DNA of 46,522 bases from Candidatus Hydrogenedentales bacterium (GCA_044359155.1 JBIKMR010000001.1:1-46522); one strand, 5' to 3'; positions 34,608 through 43,648 are shown, counted from the first letter of the stretch. Made by a program: numbers and translations. Notes: a model not told the origin generated them from the letters alone.

Positions 34608-35959
34608 TGCCGCGTCCCCTTGGGTTCGTGCGAGGGCCGCATGTTCCAGGTGACCGCAAGAAAGATCACCGCCAACACAGACGCGCCGACGATGGTCCAC
34701 AGCACCATGTTCCACGCCACGGCGTCGCCATAGAGTGGCTGGTAATGGTCCAGCATTCCGCCGAATCCCTTGGCCTGCACGGTGCGGCCAATGTATCCGA
34801 AGAGCCCAATGAACCCGGCGGCTGCGCCGATGGCTTTTTTTGAGGTGGTGTCTAGCGCAATGATGACGATGAGGTTGATGACCGGGTAGATGCACAGCCC
34901 GATGACGGTGAGCATGGCCATGTCGAACCAGAGATAGCCGGGCGGCGTGACGATGAGCGCCATGAACGCGAACACAATCGGGACCATGGACAGCGTGGCC
35001 ACCATGCCGCGCCTGCCGCCGATCTTGTCGGACAGCCAGCCCAGCAGGATGGTGGAAGGGATGCCGCCAAATTCTTGCAGGAACACGGCGATGCCGCCCT
35101 CGCTGAGGGTGGCGTGTTTCACCTCGCGCAGGTACATAGGGCCCCAGTCCATCATGCTGTATCGCGCGATGTAGGCGAAGAAGTTGGCGAAGGCCAACAG
35201 CCAGATGTATTTGTTGAGGAAGACATGGTCGAGCATCAGCTCTTTGAAAGACAGCTCGCGTTCGTCCTCCGCCGTCTCCGCGCCGATGCCCTTGTCCCCA
35301 AGGTATTCCTCAATCGGCGGCAGCCCCACGGATTGCGGCGTGTCGCGCAGGCGAAAGAAGAGATACGCCGCGCCGAACAGGGCAATGAAGCCTGGCACAT
35401 AGAAGGCGTATTGCCAGCCGCCCATGCGGCCCGCCGCCTCGGCGGCGATGATGCCCGCGAGACCGCCGCCCACATTGTGCGACGTGTTCCAGATGCTGAA
35501 GGTGAAGCCGCGCTCCTTCGCCCCAAACCAGTGCCCCATGCTGCGCCCGCAAGGCGGCCAGCCCATCCCTTGGATAAAGCCATTCACGGACCACAGCGCG
35601 AAGTGAACCCAGTAATCCGAGCTGGCCCCAAAGGCGAAGTTGAGCAGGGCGGTGAACAGCAGGCCGAAGGCCATGAAGGTGCGGGGGTTGCTGCGGTCCG
35701 ACCAGGCCCCCATCACAAACTTGCCCACGCCATAGCTGATGGCGGTCATGGCAAGCAGGTCGCCCATCATCGACTTGTCGTAGAGCAGCGCGCCCTCGAT
35801 ATCCTTCGCCACCACGGAAAGGTTGTTGCGCACGAGGTAGTACATGGCATAGCCAATGAACGTGGCCTCGAGCACCTGCCACCGGAACCACGGGTACTGT
35901 CGGCGCACCTCGTCCTCGGGCAGGCGCGCAATGTGCGGCGCGGGTGCAAAGATGTTCAT
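34604..35959 (-). CDS. MFS organophosphate:Pi antiporter (GlpT/UhpC-like, OPA family)
   Basis: RRQYPWFRWQVLEATFIGYAMYYLVRNNLSV, GAWSDRSNPR, GMGWPPCGRSMGHWF, FSIWNTSHNVGG and WLSDKIGGRRG give the classic OPA-family pattern. The start was placed at ATG 35959 (MNIFAPAP...). Confidence 0.85.
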   Translation of the reverse strand: MNIFAPAPHIARLPEDEVRRQYPWFRWQVLEATFIGYAMYYLVRNNLSVVAKDIEGALLYDKSMMGDLLAMTAISYGVGKFVMGAWSDRSNPRTFMAFGLLFTALLNFAFGASSDYWVHFALWSVNGFIQGMGWPPCGRSMGHWFGAKERGFTFSIWNTSHNVGGGLAGIIAAEAAGRMGGWQYAFYVPGFIALFGAAYLFFRLRDTPQSVGLPPIEEYLGDKGIGAETAEDERELSFKELMLDHVFLNKYIWLLAFANFFAYIARYSMMDWGPMYLREVKHATLSEGGIAVFLQEFGGIPSTILLGWLSDKIGGRRGMVATLSMVPIVFAFMALIVTPPGYLWFDMAMLTVIGLCIYPVINLIVIIALDTTSKKAIGAAAGFIGLFGYIGRTVQAKGFGGMLDHYQPLYGDAVAWNMVLWTIVGASVLAVIFLAVTWNMRPSHEPKGTRH

Positions 35960-36044
35960 GGTCGGTGTCCCTCCCCAGTGGCGCGCATTGTACCCCACGA
36001 CATGGCCGCCTTGGCCATGTTGTCGTGTGCTGGATGAAAGTGAC

Positions 36045-36617
36045 TTACAGCACCAAGTCGTCCGGCTCCGACGTGGGGATTGAGGCTAGGTCTTCCGGCA
36101 CGGCGTCGGGGGGGTAGCTGTCGAAGTGGAGGGTGGCGAGGGCCTTGAAGGGGACGTCGAAGCTGGCGTTGCCGCCGCTGCGATCGATAAGGCCGCCCAC
36201 GCCGATGATGTCTGCACCGCGCGCGCGGAGGTGGTCGATGGTTTTCTTTACCGAACCGCCGGTGGTGATGATGTCCTCGACCACGAGCACGCGTTCACCG
36301 GGGGCGATGCGGAATCCGCGCTTGAGCGCCATGCCGCCGTCTTCTTTTTCGGTGAATGCAGCGCGGCAGTTCAGGTGGCGGGCAGTTTCGTAGGCGAGAA
36401 TGATGCCGCCGGTGGCCGGGCCGACGACGAGGTCGGGCGGGGAATCGGCAAACTGCGCGGCCAGCGCCTTGCACAGGCGCTCGGTGTCGTTGGGGAATTG
36501 CAGCACGCGTGAGGCCTGCAAGAAGCGGCGACCGTGTCTGCCGCTGGCGTAGATGAAATGCCCATCGAGCAGCGCGCCGGTCTTTTCAAACAGGGCGATT
36601 ACTTCGTCACCATTCAT
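36045..36617 (-). CDS. pyrE: Orotate phosphoribosyltransferase
   Basis: GALLDGHFIYASGRHGRRFLQ and the PRPP-binding loop RVLVVEDIITTGGS. The start was reset to MNGDEV at 36617, overlapping the pyrF stop (ATGA). Confidence 0.9.
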   Translation of the reverse strand: MNGDEVIALFEKTGALLDGHFIYASGRHGRRFLQASRVLQFPNDTERLCKALAAQFADSPPDLVVGPATGGIILAYETARHLNCRAAFTEKEDGGMALKRGFRIAPGERVLVVEDIITTGGSVKKTIDHLRARGADIIGVGGLIDRSGGNASFDVPFKALATLHFDSYPPDAVPEDLASIPTSEPDDLVL

Positions 36618-37309
36618 ACGTTCAGTTCCTCTTGAATCAGGCGCACGGCTTCCGCCGGGTTTGCGTGCTTGAGTATGGGGCGCCCCACCACGATCATGCT
36701 GGCCCCGGCGGTGCGGGCCTCGGCGGGGGTCATGATGCGTTCCTGGTCGTCTTTGCCCGCCCATGCGGGGCGTATGCCGGGGGTGACAATCAGCGGGCCG
36801 GGGCCGATGGCAGCGCGCACGAGGTCGATTTCATGCGGGGAACACACCACGCCATGCGCGCCAGCGTCCACGGCCATGCGGGCCAAGCGGGGCACGGCCT
36901 GCGCTGCCGTTTCGTGCAGTCCCAAGTCGTCGCGCAGGGCGGCGTCGGAATGGCTGGTGAGAATGGTTACCGCCAGTATCTGCGTGGCGCTTCCCTCCAC
37001 GGCGGCGCGGGCTGCGGCAATCATCTTGGTGCCGCCCAGCGCGTGCAGCGTGAAGAGTCCCACGCCCAGGCTGGCCGCGCCGCTTGCGCCGTGGGCCACC
37101 GTGTTGGGGATGTCGTGGTATTTCAGGTCCAGGAAGACCTGCTTGCCGCGCTCTTGCAACAGGCGCACACAGTCGGGCCCTGTGCGCGTGAAGAGTTGCG
37201 ACCCTACCTTGAACCACTCGCAGTCGCCGCAGGCATCCACGGTCGCGGCGGCTTGGTCAAGGGTGTCCACGTCGAGCACGACGATTAATTCTGTTGAGCC
37301 TGAAGCCAT
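36614..37309 (-). CDS. pyrF: Orotidine-5'-phosphate decarboxylase
   Basis: LIVVLDV, FKVGSQLF, FLDLKYHDIPNTV, TPGIRP and IVVGRPI. The start was reset to MASGSTE at 37309. The Arg/His-rich extension of the maximal ORF was rejected. Confidence 0.9.
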   Translation of the reverse strand: MASGSTELIVVLDVDTLDQAAATVDACGDCEWFKVGSQLFTRTGPDCVRLLQERGKQVFLDLKYHDIPNTVAHGASGAASLGVGLFTLHALGGTKMIAAARAAVEGSATQILAVTILTSHSDAALRDDLGLHETAAQAVPRLARMAVDAGAHGVVCSPHEIDLVRAAIGPGPLIVTPGIRPAWAGKDDQERIMTPAEARTAGASMIVVGRPILKHANPAEAVRLIQEELNV

Positions 37310-37323
37310 GTCCAACTTTCTGT

Positions 37324-38388
37324 TTATCGCAATGCGGTGCCAACGGCGTCTTCGATAGTATCTAGGCCAGCCTCGTCGAGCTTGGCGATTAAGCCTTCGT
37401 TGATCTGGCGGACGACGCCGGGGCCTTTGTATATCATGCCGGTGTAGATTTGGACCATGCTTGCGCCGTGGGTGATGCGTCGCCAGGTTTCGTCTACCGA
37501 GTCGATGCCGCCCACGCTGATGAGAGGCACGCGGCCATGCAGGCTGCGGGCGATGGCATGAAAGATTTGGAAACTCTTCTCCGTCATTACGCGGCCACTG
37601 AGTCCGCCGAAGTCCTTCGCGCCGGGCAGCAGCGTGTAGTCCACGGTGGTGTTGGTGGCGATGATGCCTGCCGCGCCTGCATCCACGGCAGCCTCGCACA
37701 GGCCGACGATGGTGTCGGTGTCGCCGTCCGGGGAAACCTTCAACAACAGCGGGCGATTGGAGAGCGGCAGGCATTGCTTGAACAGACTGCGGATGAAGTC
37801 AGGCTTAAGCAGATCGCGCAGGCCGGGGGTGTTGGGGGAGGAGATGTTAAGCACCAGGTAATCCGACACCGGGGCCAGCGCGCGGATCAGCACGGCGTAG
37901 TCGTCGATGGCCTTATCGTCGGGCGTGGCCTTGTTCTTCCCCAGGTTAATGCCGATGGGAATGGTGGCGGGGTAAGTGCGGCGCAGTCGTTCAGCCACGG
38001 CATCGAGCCCATCGTTGTTGAAGCCCATGGCATTCTGCAGGGACTCGGCCTCAGCAAAGCGAAAGAGGCGCGGCTTGGGATTGCCGGGCTGGGGCTTGGG
38101 GGTCACCGCGCCCAGCTCTGCATGGCCAAAGCCGAGCAGCGGCCACGAGCGCACAAGCGTGGCGTTCTTGTCGTAACCCGCCGCCAGCCCCACGGGGTTG
38201 GGGAAATCGAGCCCGAGGCAATTCACCTTCAGGCGCGGGTTGGCGTAGCAGAATTCCGAGCGCAACAGGTGCGGCCCCAGCACGGAATTGGTCGCCAGCC
38301 ACAGCCCCTTGCAGGCGGCATAGTGCGCCTGTTCCGGGTCGAGCGAGAAGAGCGCCGGTTTGAGCAGGGGATAGAGCAATGCGTGCAT
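37324..38388 (-). CDS. pyrD: Dihydroorotate dehydrogenase (quinone), class 2
   Basis: LFSLDPEQAH, NPVGLAAGYDKN, GFGHAELGAVTP, IGINLGKNK, LVLNISSPNTPGLR, IIATNTT, GGLSG and ISVGGI. Confidence 0.9.
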   Translation of the reverse strand: MHALLYPLLKPALFSLDPEQAHYAACKGLWLATNSVLGPHLLRSEFCYANPRLKVNCLGLDFPNPVGLAAGYDKNATLVRSWPLLGFGHAELGAVTPKPQPGNPKPRLFRFAEAESLQNAMGFNNDGLDAVAERLRRTYPATIPIGINLGKNKATPDDKAIDDYAVLIRALAPVSDYLVLNISSPNTPGLRDLLKPDFIRSLFKQCLPLSNRPLLLKVSPDGDTDTIVGLCEAAVDAGAAGIIATNTTVDYTLLPGAKDFGGLSGRVMTEKSFQIFHAIARSLHGRVPLISVGGIDSVDETWRRITHGASMVQIYTGMIYKGPGVVRQINEGLIAKLDEAGLDTIEDAVGTALR

Positions 38389-38445
38389 GGGGGGAATTGT
38401 AGCGGACGGGCGTGGGGGAGTTCTTGTCAGCCCCCTTGCACCCCG

Positions 38446-39198
38446 TCAGCGTTTCAGGCGCAGGTCCTTGAACTGCACCACCATGTCCGGCCCACTGTGC
38501 AGTTGCATGGCGAGGATGCCTTCCGCGTCGAACTGGGCGGGGTCGTTGTCGGTTACTTGGGCGATGCTCCTGCCGTTGATCTTCAAGGTGATTTCTGGGC
38601 CCTTGCAGATGAGGTGATACTCGTGCCACTCGCCCAGCGAGAAGCGCGCGGGTTCGCCGTGGCCTGTAATGGGTTGGGTGGTGGGCGTACCGTCTGCGGC
38701 GAAAGTGGTGTGTTCTCCGCGCCATGCCAGGGTGTGCCTGCCAAACTCGTCGTAGAGCCGTGCCAGCCACGTGGTGTTGGTGTTGTTGTCCACCTGGTAT
38801 CCCCGGCAGTCGTCAGGAATGTCTCCGTTGAACATCTCGCTGCGGAACTGGAAGCCGCCGTTCACGTCGAGCTTGGTGAGGATACGGTGGCGCAGCTTCA
38901 GTTCGAAGTCGCCCAACTTGCCGCCTTGCCACACCAGGTAGTGGTTGCGCACGGCGGGCTTTTCCTGCGTGCTCTTTGCGGTGATGGCACCGTCCTCGAC
39001 AGACCAGAAACTCATGTCCGCAGCCTGCCAACCTTCGAGTGTTTTTCCATCGAAGATGGACACGAAACCGGGTTCGTCGGTCAGCGGGGGAAGCGGATCA
39101 AGTGGCACGATGAGGGTGGTGTTCACCTCGGGCGGTGGAGATTCGGCATAGGCGGCGCAGCAGAGGGTCAGCATCAGGGAAATACGCAGGGCTAGCAT
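38446..39198 (-). CDS. DUF1080 (3-keto-disaccharide hydrolase-like, concanavalin-fold) secreted protein
   Basis: The start was reset to MLALRISLMLTLCCAAYA (signal peptide). GFVSIFDGKTLEGWQ, WSVEDGAI, DFELKLRHRI, NGGFQFRS and ILAMQLHSG...VQFKDLRLK are the usual DUF1080 landmarks. Confidence 0.8.
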   Translation of the reverse strand: MLALRISLMLTLCCAAYAESPPPEVNTTLIVPLDPLPPLTDEPGFVSIFDGKTLEGWQAADMSFWSVEDGAITAKSTQEKPAVRNHYLVWQGGKLGDFELKLRHRILTKLDVNGGFQFRSEMFNGDIPDDCRGYQVDNNTNTTWLARLYDEFGRHTLAWRGEHTTFAADGTPTTQPITGHGEPARFSLGEWHEYHLICKGPEITLKINGRSIAQVTDNDPAQFDAEGILAMQLHSGPDMVVQFKDLRLKR

Positions 39199-39262
39199 GG
39201 GATGGCTCCAAGGTTGCAGGCACAGGGTAGCGCATCCTTGGGGCGGGGAAGAAATCTCTAAC

Positions 39263-39417
39263 CGCAGATGAACGCCGATAAACTCCGATAGGAGGGGAAG
39301 TGAAGTTGATAATGGACAATTGAGAAGGAATATCGAGCTGACGGACTTTGGTAAGCAAGCGCGAAACACGCGGAAAGATTCGGCGAGAGTTGCCTTCCCT
39401 ATCGGGGTTCATCTGTG
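39263..39417. repeat. Inverted pair of the CGCAGATGAAC-N-CCGATAGG repeat family (copies at 39263-39292 forward and 39398-39417 reverse)
   Basis: The forward copy is cgcagatgaacgccgataaactccgatagg. The reverse complement of 39398-39417 is cacagatgaaccccgatagg. The interior carries gagaaggaatatc, which recurs as gagaggaatatc in the copy at 41.2 kb. Confidence 0.75.
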
Positions 39418-39571
39418 TTAATCGGTGGCTAGGTCCTGGCTTCGCACTGGGCATGTCAAATTGTGTATACTTGGGGTCTGAAGTTTGGTCTGAATACCCA
39501 TATGTTGTGCCTGTATCGGCGGTTGTATGCAGCCTGCGGTATGGGCATTCTTGTAAAGGAAACCAACGCGC

Positions 39572-40279
39572 ATGGAAATGTTCGTTTTCGCGATCAAACA
39601 CGACTGGTTCATCCTGCTGCCCATTTTTGCCTGTTGGCTTTTGGCGGTGGCCGTGGCGATGGATCGGTGGTGGTTTTACAAGCGCAACCGCTGGGGCGTG
39701 GACAAGTTCATGTCCGAGCTTCAGGCCGAGGTGGTGAAGGGGGCGGCGTCTGCCTCGCGCTGGGCCGATGGGCAAAAGGGCATTGTGCCGCAAGTGGCGG
39801 CAGAAACCCTGCGCCTGATGGCGGAACGCCCGGACAAATACGACTCCCTTTCCGAGGTGGCCACATCGCTGGCCGTGCGCGAGCTGCACCGGGGCCTCAG
39901 CATCCTGGGCACCATCGCCACCATCAGCCCCTACCTCGGGTTGTTCGGCACGGTGGTGCGCATCCTGCTGACCTTTGGCGAGCTGGCCAACGGCAACGGC
40001 GGGGGAAGTTCCGCCTCCATCATGTTCGGCATTGGGTCGGCGCTCATCGCCACGGCGGCGGGCCTGCTCGTCGCCATCTTTGCGGTGGCCACGAACAACA
40101 TCCTGTATAGCCGCTCGGGCGATTTCGAGAAGGACTTCGAGCTGGTGAAGCTGGTGGTATCCACCGCGCCGGTGCCCGCTCAACATACGCACGCCCCCGC
40201 GCAGCAGCCGCGCCCTGCCGTCGCCCCGCAACCCCTGCGCCCCGCCCGCGCGTGGGCCGAAGAAGAGCGCCAGATATAA
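39572..40279 (+). CDS. exbB: MotA/TolQ/ExbB proton-channel family protein
   Basis: Three TM segments with the family motif LSILGTIATISPYLGLFGTVVRIL and IGSALIATAAGLLVAIFAV. It carries an unusual Pro/Ala/Gln-rich C-terminal tail (APVPAQHTHAPAQQPRPAVAPQPLRPA). Confidence 0.85.
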   Translation: MEMFVFAIKHDWFILLPIFACWLLAVAVAMDRWWFYKRNRWGVDKFMSELQAEVVKGAASASRWADGQKGIVPQVAAETLRLMAERPDKYDSLSEVATSLAVRELHRGLSILGTIATISPYLGLFGTVVRILLTFGELANGNGGGSSASIMFGIGSALIATAAGLLVAIFAVATNNILYSRSGDFEKDFELVKLVVSTAPVPAQHTHAPAQQPRPAVAPQPLRPARAWAEEERQI

Positions 40280-40280
40280 C

Positions 40281-40733
40281 ATGGCAGCCACAGGACCCAA
40301 GGGCGGCACCTTCGGTGAGATTAACATCACGCCGCTGACCGACGTTTTCCTTGTGCTGCTGGTGGTGGTGATTATTGCGGCACCTTCGATGCAGTCGCTC
40401 AACAAGGACCTCGTCGCGCCCAAGCTTGCGCAAGGCGATGTGCTGAACAAAGACTGGCTGATGATTGAGGTTGCCGCCGACGGCCAGTTCAAGTACGACA
40501 GCACAATTCTTCCCACGGAAGAAGAAGACCTGCGCCGCAGCATCGAATCCTTACTTGTGGCAAGAGGCGACAAGTATGTTGTCGTTCGCGGTGATGCTTC
40601 GGCGCAGAGTGAGCGAATACTCTGGTTGTTGCAGATGGCAGTGAGAGCCGGGGCCACGCGCACGTACATTGCTGGCGAGCTTGAGCATCGGGCTGCGCCT
40701 GCGGTCTCCACGGCGGGAGCGCCTGCACCATGA
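40281..40733 (+). CDS. exbD: ExbD/TolR biopolymer transport protein
   Basis: EINITPLTDVFLVLLVVVIIAAP anchor motif plus a periplasmic domain (VVVRGDASAQSERILWLLQMAVRAGA). It starts 1 nt after the exbB stop. Confidence 0.85.
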   Translation: MAATGPKGGTFGEINITPLTDVFLVLLVVVIIAAPSMQSLNKDLVAPKLAQGDVLNKDWLMIEVAADGQFKYDSTILPTEEEDLRRSIESLLVARGDKYVVVRGDASAQSERILWLLQMAVRAGATRTYIAGELEHRAAPAVSTAGAPAP

Positions 40734-41215
40734 AGGCCCGCGCAAATTCCGTCATCTGCGAGATCAACATTACCCCGTTGACTGATATCTTCCTGGTGCT
40801 GCTCATCATCATGATGGTGGTCACTCCGCTGATGGATTTCGCCGGGCTGGAAAGCGGTGTGGGGAAGCCCAAGGAAGAAGAAACCACTGAGCCGAGCACA
40901 TCGAATGATGAGGAGGAGAAGGAGCCGGGGATTGCGCTGTACATCGCGTCGGACGGTACCTTTGAGGTGGACGGCGATCCCTTCGAGCAGGTGGCTTTGG
41001 TAGATGCGCTGCGCGCGAAGGCAGCAGACCCCGATGGCGTGAAGCTGGAAGTGGCGAACGACGCCCATTTGCAACACATGACCCGCGCCATGGAAGCGTG
41101 CCGCGAGGCGGGCATCACCAAGATCGAGGTGAACACCGAGAAGGCGATAGTGCTGAAAGATGCGCCTGCGGCGGACCCATCATCTGCGCCCGCACCGGAG
41201 CCTACCAAGAAGTAA
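40730..41215 (+). CDS. exbD: ExbD/TolR biopolymer transport protein (second paralogue)
   Basis: EINITPLTDIFLVLLIIMMVVTP anchor, an acidic linker (KEEETTEPSTSNDEEEKE), and a periplasmic domain (HLQHMTRAMEACREAGI). ATGA overlap with the first exbD. Confidence 0.85.
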   Translation: MKARANSVICEINITPLTDIFLVLLIIMMVVTPLMDFAGLESGVGKPKEEETTEPSTSNDEEEKEPGIALYIASDGTFEVDGDPFEQVALVDALRAKAADPDGVKLEVANDAHLQHMTRAMEACREAGITKIEVNTEKAIVLKDAPAADPSSAPAPEPTKK

Positions 41216-41221
41216 AGTAAT

Positions 41222-41308
41222 TTCATCTGCGGATAAACGCAGATGAACACCGATAGGCGAGAGGAATATCCATCTCCTCTTCATTTCTCTTATCTGTGTT
41301 CATCTGCG
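41222..41308. repeat. Three further copies of the CGCAGATGAAC repeat, including a perfect 10-bp hairpin immediately after the exbD stop
   Basis: ttcatctgcg (41222-41231) / gataaa / cgcagatgaa (41238-47) forms a perfect hairpin. The full forward copy is cgcagatgaacaccgatagg at 41238-41257. The reverse copy is gttcatctgcg at 41298-41308. Confidence 0.75.
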
Positions 41309-41392
41309 GATCAATCTTTCGTCCGCTTGATTCCTGCCCGGCATTTCCCCGAGCATGGCGTAACGGCTGGATGGCCGGGGAGTATTCTGGCA

Positions 41393-43621
41393 ATGCGTAA
41401 GTTCACTATCTCTGCGGGCGCGGTGTGTTGTGTTGTGCTGTCTGCCATGACGGGCTGCGTGGTGGATGAAGGGCCGAACCCCAACCCGAACCCTGCATCG
41501 CCTGATTTCCTGACGTATCAATACTTCCCCGCCGGGGTGGACCCGCTGGCAGTGCGCGTGGCGGACCTGAATGGGGACGGTCGCCGTGACATGGTGGTGG
41601 CCAACAACACCGCGAACACCGTATCGGTAATTCTGGCGAGTGAAGAGACCACCTTCGCCGCGAAGGTGGACCTGAATGCGGGCACGGCCCCGGTGTCGCT
41701 GGTGGTGGCAGACGTAACCAAGGACGGCAAGCAAGACATCGTCAGCGTGAATTCTGGCGCGGGCAGTCTGTCCTTGTTTGCGGGCGTGGGCGACGGCACC
41801 TTTGCCGCCGCGCTGCCCCTCGGCCTGCTGGCCACGGCAGCCCCGCTCGACGCCGTTGCCGCAGACTTTGACAAGGACGGCGACCTGGACATTGCTACTG
41901 CTGACAGCGGCACCAACACGGTATCACTGTTGAACAACGTCAATGGCGTATTCGACGCAGCCCCCGCCTTCCTGACCGTGGGATCCTTTCCGCGCTCGGT
42001 GCTTGCGGCAGACCTGAACAACGACACCTTCCCTGATCTGGTCACTTGCAACAGGAATACCAACAACATCAGTCTGCTGCTAAACAATGGCGCGGGCGGC
42101 TTTGCCGCCGCCGTGAACATTGGCGTGGGCACCAACCCCCGCCAAGCACGCACCGTGGACGTGGACAAGGACAACGACCCGGACCTTGTGGTCACCAACC
42201 CCGGCTCGAAGAACATCACAATTTTGCTGAACAACGCCGCTGGCGTGTTTACCGCAGGCGCAACCATCGCGCTCGACGCCCTGCCCTCGCGCTTTGCCAC
42301 GGGCGACTTTGACGTGGACGGCAACACCGACCTAGCGGTGCTCCTCTTCAGCACGGCAGACGCCAACCCCTCGCTCGGCATGGTAGACGTGCTCTACGGC
42401 AACGGCATCGGCGGATTCCCCGAGGCCCTGCGCTATGGCATAGGCACCACAACGCAAGACATCGAAGCCGCCGATCTGAACAACGATTCCCGAATCGATC
42501 TCATTGCGGCAGACTCCGGGCGCGACGCCGCCACCATTGCCTACGGCATGGCCGGGGGCGAGTTCGCATCCGACGTGCGCCTGGCCGCAGGCTTACAGCC
42601 CCGCGAAGTGGTGGCCGTGGACTTGGATAAAGACAACGATCTCGACCTTGTAGCGATCACGCAATTGGATACCTCCGTGGTCACGCTGGTGAACAACGGC
42701 AGCGGCGGTTTCACCCTGGGCAACAAGGTCGCCCTCACCGGCGCGCCACGCTCGCTCACCGTGGGGCTTGTAAACTCCGACACCATTCCGGACGTGGCGG
42801 TAACGCAGATCACCGGGGCCGACGGCGTGCGCGTGTTGTTTGGCAAAGGCGATGGCACCCTGCTGACCACCGGCGCAACCGTTGCCCTCACCGGGCGCGA
42901 CCCGCGCAGCGTGGCCATTGGCGACGTGAACAAGGACGGCAAGGCCGATCTGGTAACCGGCGACAGCAACGAGGACGAAATCAGCGTGGCGCTGGGCGAT
43001 GGCGCGGGCGTGTTCTCCGCCCCCACCCATTTCGCCTGCGGCAACTTCCCGCTCAATGTTTCACTCACTGATACCAATGCCGATGGCAAGCTGGACGTGG
43101 TCTTCCTCAGCCGCAACGATCCGGACAATCCCACCGACCAGGCCCAGCCCCGAACGGTGCGCATCTTCGGCAAGGGCGATGGCACATTCGACCTGACCAA
43201 CATCATGCGCGTGGCCACGGGCACCAACCCGCGCGACTTGGTGCTGGGAGACATTTCAGGCGACGGCCTGCTCGACGCGGTAGTCGCATCCACCGGAGAG
43301 AACACCGCGCACACGCACATCATCCGCGCTGATGGAACCATCGTCCCCGGCACTCCCCGCCGCGCAGGCATCGGCGCGCGCGCCATTGCGCTTGCCCGCG
43401 TGGGCACGGGGTTGAACACCGACATCCTTACCATCAACGGCGACAACAGTTTTTCGTTGATCCAGAATTCTGGCAACAATGCCTTCACTTTGATTGCCTC
43501 ATACCAGGCTGGGTCTGACGCCATCGAGGCCGCCTCGGGCGACTTCGACAAGGACGGCAAGGTGGACCTTGTGCTGGCCAATCGCCTGACGAATGACCTC
43601 AGCGTGGTGTTTGGAAAATAG
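41393..43621 (+). CDS. FG-GAP/VCBS repeat lipoprotein (about 14 repeats, consistent with two 7-bladed beta-propellers)
   Basis: The start was reset to MRKFTISAGAVCCVVLSAMTGC (lipobox-like L-S-A-M-T-G-C). About 14 calcium-binding-type repeats were counted by eye: DLNGDGRRDMVVAN, DVTKDGKQDIVSVN, DFDKDGDLDIATAD, DLNNDTFPDLVTCN, DVDKDNDPDLVVTN, DFDVDGNTDLAVL, DLNNDSRIDLIAAD, DLDKDNDLDLVAI, ..., DFDKDGKVDLVLAN. Confidence 0.8.
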   Translation: MRKFTISAGAVCCVVLSAMTGCVVDEGPNPNPNPASPDFLTYQYFPAGVDPLAVRVADLNGDGRRDMVVANNTANTVSVILASEETTFAAKVDLNAGTAPVSLVVADVTKDGKQDIVSVNSGAGSLSLFAGVGDGTFAAALPLGLLATAAPLDAVAADFDKDGDLDIATADSGTNTVSLLNNVNGVFDAAPAFLTVGSFPRSVLAADLNNDTFPDLVTCNRNTNNISLLLNNGAGGFAAAVNIGVGTNPRQARTVDVDKDNDPDLVVTNPGSKNITILLNNAAGVFTAGATIALDALPSRFATGDFDVDGNTDLAVLLFSTADANPSLGMVDVLYGNGIGGFPEALRYGIGTTTQDIEAADLNNDSRIDLIAADSGRDAATIAYGMAGGEFASDVRLAAGLQPREVVAVDLDKDNDLDLVAITQLDTSVVTLVNNGSGGFTLGNKVALTGAPRSLTVGLVNSDTIPDVAVTQITGADGVRVLFGKGDGTLLTTGATVALTGRDPRSVAIGDVNKDGKADLVTGDSNEDEISVALGDGAGVFSAPTHFACGNFPLNVSLTDTNADGKLDVVFLSRNDPDNPTDQAQPRTVRIFGKGDGTFDLTNIMRVATGTNPRDLVLGDISGDGLLDAVVASTGENTAHTHIIRADGTIVPGTPRRAGIGARAIALARVGTGLNTDILTINGDNSFSLIQNSGNNAFTLIASYQAGSDAIEAASGDFDKDGKVDLVLANRLTNDLSVVFGK

Positions 43622-43648
43622 GCAACGCACATCAATCAATATTCCGTC

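Noticed and set aside
40730-41215. Whether the third gene of the exb cluster could be a divergent TonB.
   Set aside because: Its N-terminal anchor (EINITPLTDIFLVLLII) is the ExbD/TolR motif and paralogous to the preceding gene. It has an acidic rather than Pro-rich linker and no TonB C-terminal pattern.
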